Assembly: GCA_041690135.1 (NCBI GenBank)
Contig: JAWLHY010000006.1
Location: 262,337-326,336, forward strand
Direction of reading: 5' to 3'
DNA length: 64,000 bases
From: Armatimonadota bacterium
Lineage (GTDB): Bacteria; Armatimonadota; SYMT01
The position numbers and the translations under genes are program-made. The notes under the pieces are model-generated. The model had not been told where the DNA came from and did no database searches. It saw only the letters and a program-made list of their open reading frames with translations. This document shows, in pieces, positions 1 to 9,163 of the stretch; within the stretch, counting starts at the first letter, position 1, and each line of letters starts with the position of its first letter.

Positions 1-1
1 G

Positions 2-349
2 GGAAGCTTCCGTAACAGCGCCTACGCGGCCAGCAAGTTCGGGGGCGTGGGCCTGACCCAGAGCCTCGCGCTCGACCTGGCCCCCTACGGCGTGCGAGTG
101 AACGCCGTATGCCCGGGCAACCTGCTAGACGGAACCCTGTGGAGCCAGAGCCTCTACGAGCAATATGCGAAGAAGTGGGGCCTCACGCCGGAGGAAGTGC
201 GCAAGAAGTACGAAGACCAGGTCCCGCTTGGCCGCGGGTGCACCTATGAAGATGTGGGCAACGTGGTCGTCTTCCTGGCCAGCGATGAGAGCAGCTACAT
301 GACCGGACAGGCGCTTAACGTGACCGGAGGCCAGCAACTCAGTCCTTAA
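2..349 (+). CDS. SDR family oxidoreductase, sorbitol-6-phosphate dehydrogenase (SrlD)-like, 5'-truncated by the window edge
   Basis: Frame is open from base 2: GSFRNSAYAASKFGGVGLTQSLALDLA (YxxxK), then VPLGRGC and TGQALNVTGG, resembling the SrlD C-terminal half. Confidence 0.8.
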   Translation, partial: GSFRNSAYAASKFGGVGLTQSLALDLAPYGVRVNAVCPGNLLDGTLWSQSLYEQYAKKWGLTPEEVRKKYEDQVPLGRGCTYEDVGNVVVFLASDESSYMTGQALNVTGGQQLSP

Positions 350-370
350 GGTCCAGTTTGCCTGATTACT

Positions 371-1684
371 TCACAGTAACTGCCGGTACTTTAGCTCCAG
401 GTACCGATTGACGAGGTTCATCGACAACTCGTCGGGAGAAGTATCCAGTACGACTGCCCCCAGCTTGTGAAGGCTGTCGAGGATGCGACGGCGCTCGTTG
501 AGCAAATCGATTGCCACGGTGCGCTCGTACATCTGCTCCGCCATTTCGCTGGGGCGCCGGGAGGTCGCCAGCACCTGCTCGTCCTGGAGCGTTACGCAGA
601 GGGGAAGGTGAACGGGGCGCAGTAGCCGCAGGTAGGTGACCAGGTCGGCCGAAGTGTCCTCATCGACCAGGTCCGTGAAGAAGACCACCAGCGAGCGCCG
701 CTTGCACCGCTGGGCGATCTGCTCCAGCGCGCCGCGGTAGTCCACGTGGCAGAGGCGTGCTTCCACCCCGTAGAGCAGTTCCAGGCACTGCTTGAAGTGG
801 CCCGGGCTCTTCCCCAACGGCAGGTACGCGTCAACGCTGTCGGAAACGATCATCAGGCCCACGCGGTCCCCCGCCTTGAGCGCCACGTGCGCCAGCATGA
901 GCGCGGCGTTGACTGCATAGTCCAGCTTGGCCAACTTCCCCACGCGTCCCGCCATCATCCGCCCCGCGTCGAGTACCAGGAACACGTTCTGACTCTTCTC
1001 GACTTCGTAGACGCGCGTCATCGGCCGGTGCCTGCGGGCGGTCGCCTTCCAGTCGATCTGACGGTACTCGTCGTCCGGCGTGTAGTCGCGGATGCGTTCG
1101 AACTCCGTCCCCCTGCCGACCATACGAGAGCGGTGGATGCCGAACTCCCCCAGCCGGCTCCGGCGCGCCATCAACTCATAGCGGGTCACTTCCCGGAGAT
1201 CCGGATAGATGCGGACCTCTTCCGGCGCGGAGAGACTTAGCTGCCGCACCGCCAGACCGGGCGCCTGTTCCACCCGGGCATAGAGGTCGCCGAACTGGAA
1301 CCGCCCCCGCGCACCCGGCGTGACGTAATACGTCAGGGTCGCCTCCTCTTTGGCGCCCACGAGCACTTCCGCGGGCAATCCTTCCGCCTCAAAGGCTTGG
1401 GGAACGGTATCGGTGACGAGAATCCGGGCGGGAGCGCGACCGAAATTCCGCACCCGCAGTTCGACCTTTTCCCGCTCGCCCAGCGAAAGACGCGACGGGA
1501 CCGACCGCGTGATGGTCACCTCTTCGGGGCGGAGTCCCACCAGATAGGTCCCGGCCAGGAACGCGCAGCAGATGACGAAGTAGGCCAGCGCCAGAGAGAA
1601 CAGTCCCGGCACAAACGTGCCCAGTGCTGCCGGCACGAGCCCAAGGGCGATCAGAAATAGGAATTTGCGGCTGGGAATCACCAT
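371..1684 (-). CDS. DUF58 / VWA-like protein with N-terminal TM segments (MoxR partner)
   Basis: GTEFERIRDYTPDDEYRQIDWKATAR is the DUF58 signature; directly downstream of the MoxR ATPase. Confidence 0.9.
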   Translation of the reverse strand: MVIPSRKFLFLIALGLVPAALGTFVPGLFSLALAYFVICCAFLAGTYLVGLRPEEVTITRSVPSRLSLGEREKVELRVRNFGRAPARILVTDTVPQAFEAEGLPAEVLVGAKEEATLTYYVTPGARGRFQFGDLYARVEQAPGLAVRQLSLSAPEEVRIYPDLREVTRYELMARRSRLGEFGIHRSRMVGRGTEFERIRDYTPDDEYRQIDWKATARRHRPMTRVYEVEKSQNVFLVLDAGRMMAGRVGKLAKLDYAVNAALMLAHVALKAGDRVGLMIVSDSVDAYLPLGKSPGHFKQCLELLYGVEARLCHVDYRGALEQIAQRCKRRSLVVFFTDLVDEDTSADLVTYLRLLRPVHLPLCVTLQDEQVLATSRRPSEMAEQMYERTVAIDLLNERRRILDSLHKLGAVVLDTSPDELSMNLVNRYLELKYRQLL

Positions 1685-1687
1685 TGG

Positions 1688-2650
1688 TTACCGGGGCACG
1701 GGCACTTTCTGCATGACAATCCGCAGCACATCATCCGAGGTCAGGCCGTTGGCTTCCGCTTCGGGTTGGAGCACGATGCGGTGGCGGAGGGTGGGGAGCA
1801 CCATGGATTGGATGTCATCCGGAGTGACGAACTCGCGACCGGCAAATGCGGCGGTCGCCTTGGCGGCCATGAGGAGGTGGATGCCGCCCCGGGGGCCGGA
1901 ACCCACCAGGATCTCGTCCGAGAGACGCGTGGCGGTGATCAACTCGCGGACGTAGGTCACCAACTCGGAGCGCATTGCCAGCGCCTTGATGACCGTGCGG
2001 CAGCGGTCCAGTTCTTCCGGCGTCATCACCGGTTGGATTTGCGCATCTTCGACGTTGTGCGGCTCCTCGCCGCGGTTGTACATTTCGAGGATTCGCTCTT
2101 CTTCCGCCGCCTCCGGGTAGCCTACGTGGACTTTCATCATGAAGCGGTCCAGTTGGGCCTCTGGCAGGGGGTAGGTACCCTCGTACTCGATGGGGTTCTG
2201 GGTAGCGAACACGGTGAAAAACCGGGTGAGCTCGTAGGGTGCGCCATCGATGGTGCAGCGTCGCTCCTGCATCGCCTCCAGCAGGGCGGCCTGGGTTTTG
2301 GCGGGGCTCCGATTGATCTCGTCCCCCAGGAGGAGATCCGTAAACACCGGGCCCTTGCGCAGGATGAACTGCCCCTTCTGGAGGTCGAAGATATTCGTCC
2401 CGATCACGTCGGAAGGCATCAAGTCCGGGGTGAACTGGATGCGTCCGAAAGTCAGGCTCATCGAGCGCGCCAGGGCACGGACCATGAGCGTCTTGGCGGT
2501 ACCGGGCACCCCCTCCAGGAGCACGTGACCGCTGCAGTAGACCGCCACCAGCAGCGATCGGATCACCTCTTCCTGGCCGACGACCACCCGGCTCATCTGC
2601 TGGAACACCTGGGTCGTTTTCTCGTTAACGAAAGTAAGTCCGTCCATCAT
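1688..2650 (-). CDS. MoxR family AAA+ ATPase
   Basis: Walker A GVPGTAKT, RIQFTPDLMPSD, DEINR, ATQNPIEYEGTYPLPEAQLDRF; ATG at 2650 overlaps the upstream stop (ATGA). Confidence 0.95.
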   Translation of the reverse strand: MMDGLTFVNEKTTQVFQQMSRVVVGQEEVIRSLLVAVYCSGHVLLEGVPGTAKTLMVRALARSMSLTFGRIQFTPDLMPSDVIGTNIFDLQKGQFILRKGPVFTDLLLGDEINRSPAKTQAALLEAMQERRCTIDGAPYELTRFFTVFATQNPIEYEGTYPLPEAQLDRFMMKVHVGYPEAAEEERILEMYNRGEEPHNVEDAQIQPVMTPEELDRCRTVIKALAMRSELVTYVRELITATRLSDEILVGSGPRGGIHLLMAAKATAAFAGREFVTPDDIQSMVLPTLRHRIVLQPEAEANGLTSDDVLRIVMQKVPVPR

Positions 2651-3954
2651 TCTTTCTTGTCCGTGCCAGGGGGATGAAGCGCCTGATCGAGACGCGTCAA
2701 CTGCTCGCAAAACTCCAGGGCTTCCTTTTCCGAAAGCCGTTCTCGCGCCAACGCCGCCTCGGTCTGCACCAGCACCATCCGGGCTTCAATCGCGGGCCGT
2801 CCCGTGCGTCGCTCATAGCGCCGGCCCACCTCTTCCAGGTCCGTCAAGCCGTCCATCCGGAGCGCCCCTGCCAGTCGGCGCCGGAAGTCCAGGAAGATTG
2901 TATTCAGTGCGTCGCGGGCTACGCCGGCGTTCCGGTAGAGTTGCGCCACCGCCCGGACATATTCCGCGCTGTCGCGCTGCCGGTCGGCCACCAGCGGTTC
3001 GGGGGCGCCGAAGCGGACTCCCGTACGCCAGAAGACGAGGCCCAGCAGCAGAAGTCCATACACCAGCACCGGCACGAGCGCCCGGTCACGGAGATAGGCG
3101 ATTAGCCCGCGCTCCACATCTCGTTTGTGGAATTCATCAAACCAGATCGTCCCGCCGGATGGCCGCATGGCGGCGAGGTTCAGCACGAAGCGAGAGTTGT
3201 CGGCGGCGGTGACCCCCAGATTGCTGGCGGGATAGGCATCGTTCACGGCGACGTAAAGCCCCCTCCCGCGGACCGCGGTCACCACTTGCGGCACTTTGCG
3301 CGGCCCATCCTCCTTCACAAAGAGCGGCAGCCACTCCTCCGCGGGAATGGGCGGGATGGGAGGCTCCGGCTCGTCGACTTCGAGCATTTTCGCCATGGCA
3401 TCCTTCTGCCGCCCGAACTTGAACCCAAACTGGGTTTGGGTCTGCAACTCGCTGAGGCCTTGCGCCAGAAGACTGGGCTGTGTTGGCAATGCCGGCTTCC
3501 CGGAAAGGCTCTTCGGCTCATCAACGATCAGGCCCAGGCCCGCATAGAGGGGATTGGTAACGGACGACATGACGACCACCACATTCCCCTCTCGGACCCA
3601 ACGGTCCAGAGCCTCCAGTTCGTGAGGGAGGATGTCGCCGCGACCGCCCACCTCCTGTCCCCCGCCGAGCACGAACTGGCCGCGGGCGGGAGCGATCAAG
3701 ATCAGCAGCCCCGGCTCCTTCAGGCGCGTGAACTCGGAGTTCCAGATACGTGGCGACAGCCCGGCACCCTGGTAGAGCCGGTACGCGATGGCGGCGCCGC
3801 GATCGTCGGTGCGGTGGACGGAGTACTCCGGGTGCCGGGTATCGCGCCGGGTGTCCTGCGTCCAGAGGAGCCACGCGCCGGCGATCAACACTCCCAGCAC
3901 CGCCATCAACCAGAGGATAATCGCTACGGACGAGCGTCGATCAGCCACGCACAC
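2647..3954 (-). CDS. DUF4350-like membrane-anchored protein
   Basis: N-terminal TM, LDRWVREGNVVVV, IWFDEFH, TM followed by RFGAPEP and EYVRAVAQLY; standard neighbour in MoxR clusters. Confidence 0.75.
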   Translation of the reverse strand: MCVADRRSSVAIILWLMAVLGVLIAGAWLLWTQDTRRDTRHPEYSVHRTDDRGAAIAYRLYQGAGLSPRIWNSEFTRLKEPGLLILIAPARGQFVLGGGQEVGGRGDILPHELEALDRWVREGNVVVVMSSVTNPLYAGLGLIVDEPKSLSGKPALPTQPSLLAQGLSELQTQTQFGFKFGRQKDAMAKMLEVDEPEPPIPPIPAEEWLPLFVKEDGPRKVPQVVTAVRGRGLYVAVNDAYPASNLGVTAADNSRFVLNLAAMRPSGGTIWFDEFHKRDVERGLIAYLRDRALVPVLVYGLLLLGLVFWRTGVRFGAPEPLVADRQRDSAEYVRAVAQLYRNAGVARDALNTIFLDFRRRLAGALRMDGLTDLEEVGRRYERRTGRPAIEARMVLVQTEAALARERLSEKEALEFCEQLTRLDQALHPPGTDKKE

Positions 3955-5869
3955 CCCCAGAGCCGGTTACGAAAGGAGCTGGGGTTCCGAGCGATCTTAC
4001 TCCTTCCTCAAAGCGATGGTAGACTTCCTCGCCGCAGGGACGTTCTCCGTACCACACCTCATCGAAGACCTGGGTCAGTTGACGAAGAGTGCTTCGCTGC
4101 TCCGATTCACCGCGGAACTGACGAACGTAGATCCAGTTGGTCAGGGCGCGGTTGTATTCAATCTTGCGCTCGCGATGCAGGTGGACCAGGGTCGCAAGGT
4201 AGAGGGCACGGATCGCCTGGCGTACGTCCCCCTGTCCCAGCCACTGTTGGGCGAACCTTTCCCACTCGTCCACGGTGTGATCCAGGGCGTTCTCCGTCGT
4301 CGAAGCTTCCAGGGGTGGCGCCGCGCCGGATGCGACAGCCGCTGCGCGGCCTCGGTCGCTCATAGGCCGTTCAATAAGCCAGCGGATCAACATCGCCAGC
4401 AGGTAGAGCACGGCCAGAGCCAGAAGGATCCAGAACACCGGTTCGAGCTGGCCCAGGTTGGGCAGGGTCCCGTCTGGGGCATCCACTTCCGGCCGGGCGG
4501 GTTGAAACAGTTTCTCACGGACCCACTTCCAGAACCCGGTCCACCAGTTAGCCGGTTGGCGGAAGTTGACGTTCTTGAGCAATTCCCGCAGTTCCGGGCG
4601 GTCGGCGAGGGGCTGAAACTCAGGCTGCTGGAGAATCTGCTTAACTGCCTCCTTCGGGTCGTGACCTCCGGCGCCGACAGTTACGGGGACCCTCTGTTCC
4701 GCCTGGGTTCCCCCACTCTCTCCTGAGGCCACGCCCGCGAGCGAGCGCTCCAACGCTTCCAGCCTTCGAAGCAAGGCATTCTTCTCGGCGGAACTCTCGC
4801 CCTCGCCGTTCTCCCACCGCCGGAGTCCCTCGGAAATCCAGGTGTTGTCCACGGAAAGCTTACGGTCCCCTGGAAGCTCGACGGTGGTGTGTCCGAGACC
4901 ATCCAGCACCCGGGGATTAACCGAGTCCGGTCTGGGCGCGGCCTGAATCTGTTTGCGGGCAGCACGCACTTGCTCGACATAGCGGTCCAGCGGCGCGGCA
5001 GCGGTCGGCGTGGCAAAGAGCACCAGGAACACCGTCACCAGACCGGCAGCGGAACGAAGGCGCAGCAGTTGCCCCTGGAGATCGGCCCCTTCCCGCCGGA
5101 TGCGCAAATCGAGATAGAACAGCGCGTCGATGGTCGTCTTGATAGGATCCAATAAGACCAGCAGCACCGCGGCAAGAAACAGGGTGTAGGCCTGGTTACC
5201 GAGACTCAACCGGGGTCTCAAGCCGCTCAACTCCAGACCGAGGAAGTCCGCAGCCACTCCCAGACCCAACTGCAAAAGCAGGTGCAGGTTGAGGATGCCC
5301 AGCGCCCCCACTCCCACCAGGAGCAGCCAAAGACCCAGTGAGCGGAGGCGATAGCCCTCCGTCAAACGCCAGCTTCGGCGCAGCGCCGCGACATAGGGAC
5401 GGCGCTCGTCCAGCAGCACGGGCCGCGCCACCCACCAGCCCATAACCAGCATCAAACCTGGCGCCAGCAGGCATGTAGCGCCGGCCCACGCCAGCGAGAA
5501 GCCGGCGAGACCGACGAACGCGCTGCCCAGCGCCGCGCGACGGGCTTCTCCCCAGGCGCCACGCAGGTCGACAGGTTCACCCCGGAGCGCCGATAGCGCC
5601 AGGCGGGTGACTGCGGCACGGGAAACGGAGTGGACCGTCCATGCAAGCGTCATCAGTAGCGCCCACCATGCCGTACCCTGATAGAACTCGCGGTTCTCCA
5701 CCTCTCCCACCAGCCGACCCAGCCACAAAAAATATCCGATCGTCAACACGGCTACCGGAACCGTTCCGGCGGTAGACGCGGCAAAGAGGGGGAGCCAGTG
5801 GCGTCGGACCACCAGCCAGGCCGCATCCAGGAGTTCCACGGTATTTAAGGGTCGAAGGTCGGTGGCCAT
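3941..5869 (-). CDS. Membrane protein with C-terminal DUF4129 domain
   Basis: LRPL..ELLDAAW start, multiple TMs, YLDLRIRREGADL; C-terminal AIRALYLATL..TNWIY..FDEVWYG. Confidence 0.8.
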   Translation of the reverse strand: MATDLRPLNTVELLDAAWLVVRRHWLPLFAASTAGTVPVAVLTIGYFLWLGRLVGEVENREFYQGTAWWALLMTLAWTVHSVSRAAVTRLALSALRGEPVDLRGAWGEARRAALGSAFVGLAGFSLAWAGATCLLAPGLMLVMGWWVARPVLLDERRPYVAALRRSWRLTEGYRLRSLGLWLLLVGVGALGILNLHLLLQLGLGVAADFLGLELSGLRPRLSLGNQAYTLFLAAVLLVLLDPIKTTIDALFYLDLRIRREGADLQGQLLRLRSAAGLVTVFLVLFATPTAAAPLDRYVEQVRAARKQIQAAPRPDSVNPRVLDGLGHTTVELPGDRKLSVDNTWISEGLRRWENGEGESSAEKNALLRRLEALERSLAGVASGESGGTQAEQRVPVTVGAGGHDPKEAVKQILQQPEFQPLADRPELRELLKNVNFRQPANWWTGFWKWVREKLFQPARPEVDAPDGTLPNLGQLEPVFWILLALAVLYLLAMLIRWLIERPMSDRGRAAAVASGAAPPLEASTTENALDHTVDEWERFAQQWLGQGDVRQAIRALYLATLVHLHRERKIEYNRALTNWIYVRQFRGESEQRSTLRQLTQVFDEVWYGERPCGEEVYHRFEEGVRSLGTPAPFVTGSGGVRG

Positions 5870-5875
5870 TTCGGG

Positions 5876-6211
5876 CTATTCGGCCGACACGCCGCCGCCC
5901 ATCCACAGGCGGGTCAGGGCCAGCAACCAGCCCAGCACGGCAAAAACAGCAGTGGTCAGTAGAAATGCACCGATCAGGAGCGGTACGCCCAGGATTCTCT
6001 CGCGCGCGAGGTTCTCAGGCGGCGCGCTGCTCGTCGGTTCCGCTGTGCGGAGGCACCGGATGCAGTAGTTCATCCGGTCCACGCGGGTCGAACACTCAAC
6101 GCACACTACCGTCCGGCACTGAACGCAGATTCCCACACCTTCTCGATCGGGATGGTTACGACATCGGAAAGTGTGCGGTAAGTTAGGGTGGTGCGTGTAG
6201 GGTTGCGACAT
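5876..6211 (-). CDS. Small B-box-type zinc finger membrane protein
   Basis: CRNHPDREGVGICVQCRTVVCVEC...YCIRC followed by one TM helix; first gene of the cluster. Confidence 0.75.
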   Translation of the reverse strand: MSQPYTHHPNLPHTFRCRNHPDREGVGICVQCRTVVCVECSTRVDRMNYCIRCLRTAEPTSSAPPENLARERILGVPLLIGAFLLTTAVFAVLGWLLALTRLWMGGGVSAE

Positions 6212-6467
6212 CGACTCGGCGTGGCTCTGCAGTGTATAACGGTTAGCGACTTCCCCGCGTTCCGTTCCACCCTGCGAGCGCGCTTTCCTTTAATGGCCCG
6301 CAACCCTACCGAGAGCGATCCGGCGCAGGAAGTTGTAGATCCGAACGTCAATATCAATTCTAGAGCGAACGACCAACCACCTGAAGGGTAGTCCACCTTT
6401 CGCATGCCGGTGTTTCAAGCCCGCCGGAATGTGGCTACGCTTTTAGGGTTTACGGCAGAGAAAAACC

Positions 6468-7325
6468 ATGGCCCAAACTTCAACCCGAATTCCAGAAGTG
6501 CTCGCCAAGCACGAGACCGCGCTTCTCGCCGCGTGGATAGGCGAACTCTCCGGCTCCATCCGACGACGGGATCTCATCAGCGAATCGGAGCTGCGGATCC
6601 AGTGTGAGGAGTTCATCCGCCTGGTGCGCGCGGCTTCCGAGAGCGGCAACATCAGTAACACTCAGGCTTCCGAGTGGGCGCCGGTCCGCGAAGTGCTGGG
6701 GGACCTGTCCCGCTCCCGTGCTCGGCAGGGCTTTACACCTCGTGAAACCGCCCTCTTCGTGTTCTCCTTCAAGAGCCCCCTTTTCAGCTGTTTGCGGGAG
6801 GAATACGGAAAGGACGCCGAAGGTCTCACCGACGACATCTGGAACGCGACGCAACTTCTGGATGGCCTGGGGCTCTGGACGACAGAAGTCTTCCAGCAGA
6901 CCCGGGAGGAAGTGATCGCCCGCCAGCAAGAGGAACTGATGGAGCTCTCCACGCCCGTCGTGAAGCTCTGGGACGGCATTCTCGCACTTCCGCTCATCGG
7001 CACACTCGACAGCGCCCGGACGCAGACGGTGATGGAGAACTTGCTCCAGCGGATCGTGGAAACCGAGGCGGAAGTCGCTATCATCGACATCACCGGCGTG
7101 CCCACGGTAGACACCCTCACCGCCCAGCACCTGATCAAGGCAATCACCGCTGCCCGGTTGATGGGCGCGGATTGCATCATCAGCGGCATCCGCCCGCAGA
7201 TCGCGCAAACTATCGTGCACCTGGGAGTTGACCTGGGTGAGGTGGTCACCAAGTCCAGCCTCGCCGACGCCTTCCAGTTGGCCCTGAAGCGCCGCGGCGT
7301 CGCGCTGCAGCGGCCTGCCGTCTGA
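6468..7325 (+). CDS. rsbR: Stressosome RsbR: RsbRD-N-like sensory domain plus STAS
   Basis: ELSTPVVKLWDGILALPLIGTLDSAR, IIDITGVPTVDT, ISGIRPQIAQTIVHLG. Confidence 0.92.
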   Translation: MAQTSTRIPEVLAKHETALLAAWIGELSGSIRRRDLISESELRIQCEEFIRLVRAASESGNISNTQASEWAPVREVLGDLSRSRARQGFTPRETALFVFSFKSPLFSCLREEYGKDAEGLTDDIWNATQLLDGLGLWTTEVFQQTREEVIARQQEELMELSTPVVKLWDGILALPLIGTLDSARTQTVMENLLQRIVETEAEVAIIDITGVPTVDTLTAQHLIKAITAARLMGADCIISGIRPQIAQTIVHLGVDLGEVVTKSSLADAFQLALKRRGVALQRPAV

Positions 7326-7338
7326 GGGGTAAAGTACC

Positions 7339-7695
7339 ATGGACCGGATTCCCATCCTTCGCATGGGCCCCTTCCTGCTCGTCACGATCCAGGTGGACAT
7401 GCATGATCAACTGGCGTTGACACTGCAGGATGACCTGACCAATAAGATCTCCGAAACCGGCGCCAAAGGTGTGCTGATCGATATCTCCTCTCTAGAGATG
7501 GTCGACTCGTTTATCGGGCGGGTTATTGCCAATATTGCGGCGATGGCACGCGTCCTCGACGCCCAAACGGTGGTCGTGGGGATGCAGCCTGCCGTGGCCA
7601 TCACCCTCGTGGAGCTCGGGCTCTCACTGCCGGGAGTGCGTACCGCGCTGAACGTGGAAAAGGGAATGGATCTCCTTCGGACCGCACTCGGCTAG
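7339..7695 (+). CDS. rsbS: Stressosome RsbS (STAS)
   Basis: [13 protein letters not shown] with the conserved phosphoserine; [14 protein letters not shown]. Confidence 0.93.
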   Translation: MDRIPILRMGPFLLVTIQVDMHDQLALTLQDDLTNKISETGAKGVLIDISSLEMVDSFIGRVIANIAAMARVLDAQTVVVGMQPAVAITLVELGLSLPGVRTALNVEKGMDLLRTALG

Positions 7696-7711
7696 ACGGG
7701 AACGCCAGAGA

Positions 7712-8119
7712 ATGCTTGCCGTCAAGAGAGAAGAGACCTATCCCATCCGCTCCGACGCGGACGTCGTGCTGGCCCGCCAGGCCGTCCGCAAGGCGGCTAC
7801 CAGTCTCAGCTTCAGCCTGGTGGACCAGACCAAAATCGTCACTGCTGCGAGCGAACTCGCGCGCAACGCCGTCATCCACGGTGGAGGCGGCCAGATGCGT
7901 CTTGAAGTAGTGGAACAGGGATTCCGCAAGGGCCTGCGCCTGGTGTTCGAAGACCAGGGGCCGGGCATTGCGGATATCGACCTGGCATTGAAGGACGGGT
8001 ATACCACGGGCAGCGGATTGGGTATGGGACTGAGTGGGTCCCGCCGGCTGGTCAATGAGTTCGAAATCGATTCGCGGCCGGGCGAAGGCACGCGTGTCAC
8101 TATCATCCGCTGGAAATAG
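7712..8119 (+). CDS. rsbT: RsbT Ser/Thr kinase (GHKL fold)
   Basis: TAASELARN, DQGPGI, GYTTGSGLGMGLSGSRRLVNEF. Confidence 0.93.
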   Translation: MLAVKREETYPIRSDADVVLARQAVRKAATSLSFSLVDQTKIVTAASELARNAVIHGGGGQMRLEVVEQGFRKGLRLVFEDQGPGIADIDLALKDGYTTGSGLGMGLSGSRRLVNEFEIDSRPGEGTRVTIIRWK

Positions 8120-8132
8120 CAGTGAAGCAGTA

Positions 8133-9161
8133 ATGAGAGAATCCGTGGTCCTGCCGATGCAGGAGCCGAGCCAGGTGGGCGAGGCGAGAAGAATCGCCGT
8201 GACCCTGGCCGACCGCGCCGGCTTCAGCGAAGAACGGCAGGGCCGCGTGGCCCTCATCGTTACGGAAGCCGGCACCAATCTCGTCCGCCATGCACACAAT
8301 GGCGAGCTGATCCTCACCCAATTGCGGCAATCCGGCGTGGCGGGCCTGGAGATGCTGGCCCTCGACCAGGGACCGGGTATCGAGCGTCTTGATGAATGTA
8401 TGCGCGACGGCTTCTCCACGGCAGGAACTGCCGGAGGAGGCATGGGAGCCATCCGCCGGATGTCGGACCAGTTCGATCTCTACACCCAACCCGGCGTAGG
8501 CACAGCGGTCGTGGCGCGCGTCTGGCAAAGCGCTCCAACGTCACGGCCCGCCGGGAATACCTCCGGGTTCGAGATCGGAGGGCTGAGTGCACCCCTCACC
8601 GGGGAAAGCCGCTGTGGCGATGCCTGGGCGTGTTGGGCAGATGAGCACCGCGCCGTTGTCATGGTAGCCGATGGCCTGGGACATGGTCCGGCCGCGGCGG
8701 ATGCCTCTGCGGAGGCGGTCGAATGCTTCTACGATCGCCCCGAATTATCACCGGACGAAATCCTGGAAGCCGTGCATCTGGCACTACGCGGCACTCGCGG
8801 TGCAGCGGTAGCGGTCTGCGAGATCCGTAGGACGCAAGGCAACGTTCGCTTTGCGGGGGTGGGCAATATCGGCGGCGTAATCGTCCGCCCCGAGGATTCG
8901 CAGCACATGGTTTCCCACCATGGCACCATCGGACACCTGGCGCGCCGGTTTCAATCCTTCACCTACGACTGGACGCCCGATTCCCTGCTCCTCATGTATT
9001 CCGATGGATTGACCTCCCAATGGCGGCTGGATCGTTATCCTGGCTTGATCGCCCGACATCCAAGCCTCATCGCGGGTACACTGTACCGGGACTTCAAACG
9101 AGAACGTGACGACACTTCGATAGTTGCCGTCCGTTATTCGTCCCCACGACCAAACTTTTAG
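8133..9161 (+). CDS. RsbX-like protein: HATPase-like domain fused to a SpoIIE/PP2C phosphatase
   Basis: EAGTNLVRHA, DQGPG, GGGMGAIRR, then CGD, VADGLGHG, SDGL, RDD; ATG at 8133 is preferred over the longer ORF. Confidence 0.88.
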   Translation: MRESVVLPMQEPSQVGEARRIAVTLADRAGFSEERQGRVALIVTEAGTNLVRHAHNGELILTQLRQSGVAGLEMLALDQGPGIERLDECMRDGFSTAGTAGGGMGAIRRMSDQFDLYTQPGVGTAVVARVWQSAPTSRPAGNTSGFEIGGLSAPLTGESRCGDAWACWADEHRAVVMVADGLGHGPAAADASAEAVECFYDRPELSPDEILEAVHLALRGTRGAAVAVCEIRRTQGNVRFAGVGNIGGVIVRPEDSQHMVSHHGTIGHLARRFQSFTYDWTPDSLLLMYSDGLTSQWRLDRYPGLIARHPSLIAGTLYRDFKRERDDTSIVAVRYSSPRPNF

Positions 9162-9163
9162 CC

